A DNA stretch of 64,000 nt from Octopus bimaculoides. Lineage: Eukaryota. Shown here piece by piece: positions 63,506-64,000 of this stretch (position 1 is its first letter; each line of letters starts with the position of its first letter). The notes beneath the pieces are model-generated. The model was not told the DNA's origin. It ran no database searches and saw nothing but the letters and a program-made list of their open reading frames with translations. Where the stretch lies: NCBI RefSeq assembly GCF_001194135.2, contig NC_069005.1, positions 34,208,800 to 34,272,799 of the forward strand, written 5' to 3'. The translations under genes and the position numbers were made by a program.

Positions 63506-63781
63506 TTAATTCCTTGCAGACTGAATCGGTCGCATTATTGCAAGAATACTGAAGATTACACTGGTCAGAATTAGGAATTTCTCTCTTATTTCTTGTGGCA
63601 TCGAATTAATTCGGCATGAGTGACGCTTATTTAGATATTCCAGTTCTTGATAGAAAACATCATCTTCGTAGCTTTTACATTTCTCCACCAGTTCCTCATT
63701 CTGAGACACGTAGGCAGAGAGATTATCCAAAGATTGTTTGCAATAATCAGCCACTTGTTGTAACTTGGAAAACGATTCTTC
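63506..63781 (-). CDS. Candidate terminal coding exon (91 aa, predicted helical), unidentified
   Basis: Strong acceptor (T-rich tract ...ttttcaatttgtcccccgcAG|GAA) in phase 0 with an uninterrupted, non-repetitive frame EESFSKLQQVADYCKQSLDNLSAYVSQNEELVEKCKSYEDDVFYQELEYLNKRH...SARN*. Upstream exons would lie beyond the window. Confidence 0.5.
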   Translation of the reverse strand, partial: EESFSKLQQVADYCKQSLDNLSAYVSQNEELVEKCKSYEDDVFYQELEYLNKRHSCRINSMPQEIREKFLILTSVIFSILAIMRPIQSARN

Positions 63782-64000
63782 CTGCGGGGGACAAATTGAA
63801 AAAGAAAAAAAAAAGATTTTTAAAAAAATGTAGAACAAATAAAAACAATTTAAGATTTTCAGGTTGGTTCTAAAAGTTATTTAGCTCCAGGTCAGCAATG
63901 ATTAGATTTATGGTCAAAGTTATTCCAACAATGACCATCCAACCTTAAGAACAAAAAGAGTATACATTAAAAGTTAATCTCACATGGAGAGTAACCATGG

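Overview
Eukaryotic, AT-rich, microsatellite-saturated draft-assembly DNA with about 30 N-gaps, nearly all flanked by (TA)n, (CA)n or (GA)n runs. The SINE families and simple-repeat load point to an octopus (coleoid cephalopod) genome; this is an inference. Almost every entry in the supplied ORF track is an artefact of microsatellites or gaps, and no complete protein-coding gene can be supported. The unique-looking DNA between microsatellites is mostly decayed transposons: at least three clear and several weaker hAT (Charlie/Buster/SPIN-like) transposase fossils, a Tc1 3' half with its TIR, an internally deleted mariner, a TA-flanked Tigger/pogo-like MITE, an RTE reverse-transcriptase fragment, LINE remnants, and about 14 copies of two tRNA-derived SINE families (Meta-like and CORE-like). 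Three isolated segments with good splice signals are candidate exons of unidentified genes. The most interesting signal is five dispersed minimal type-I hammerhead-ribozyme motifs of the kind carried by Penelope-like retroelements. One (36479-36522, minus strand) is nearly intact and lies next to a 37-bp fold-back hairpin resembling the inverted 5' junction of Penelope insertions. All alignments were made by eye against remembered family consensus motifs; no database search was run, and repeat boundaries are approximate unless TIRs or TSDs are given.
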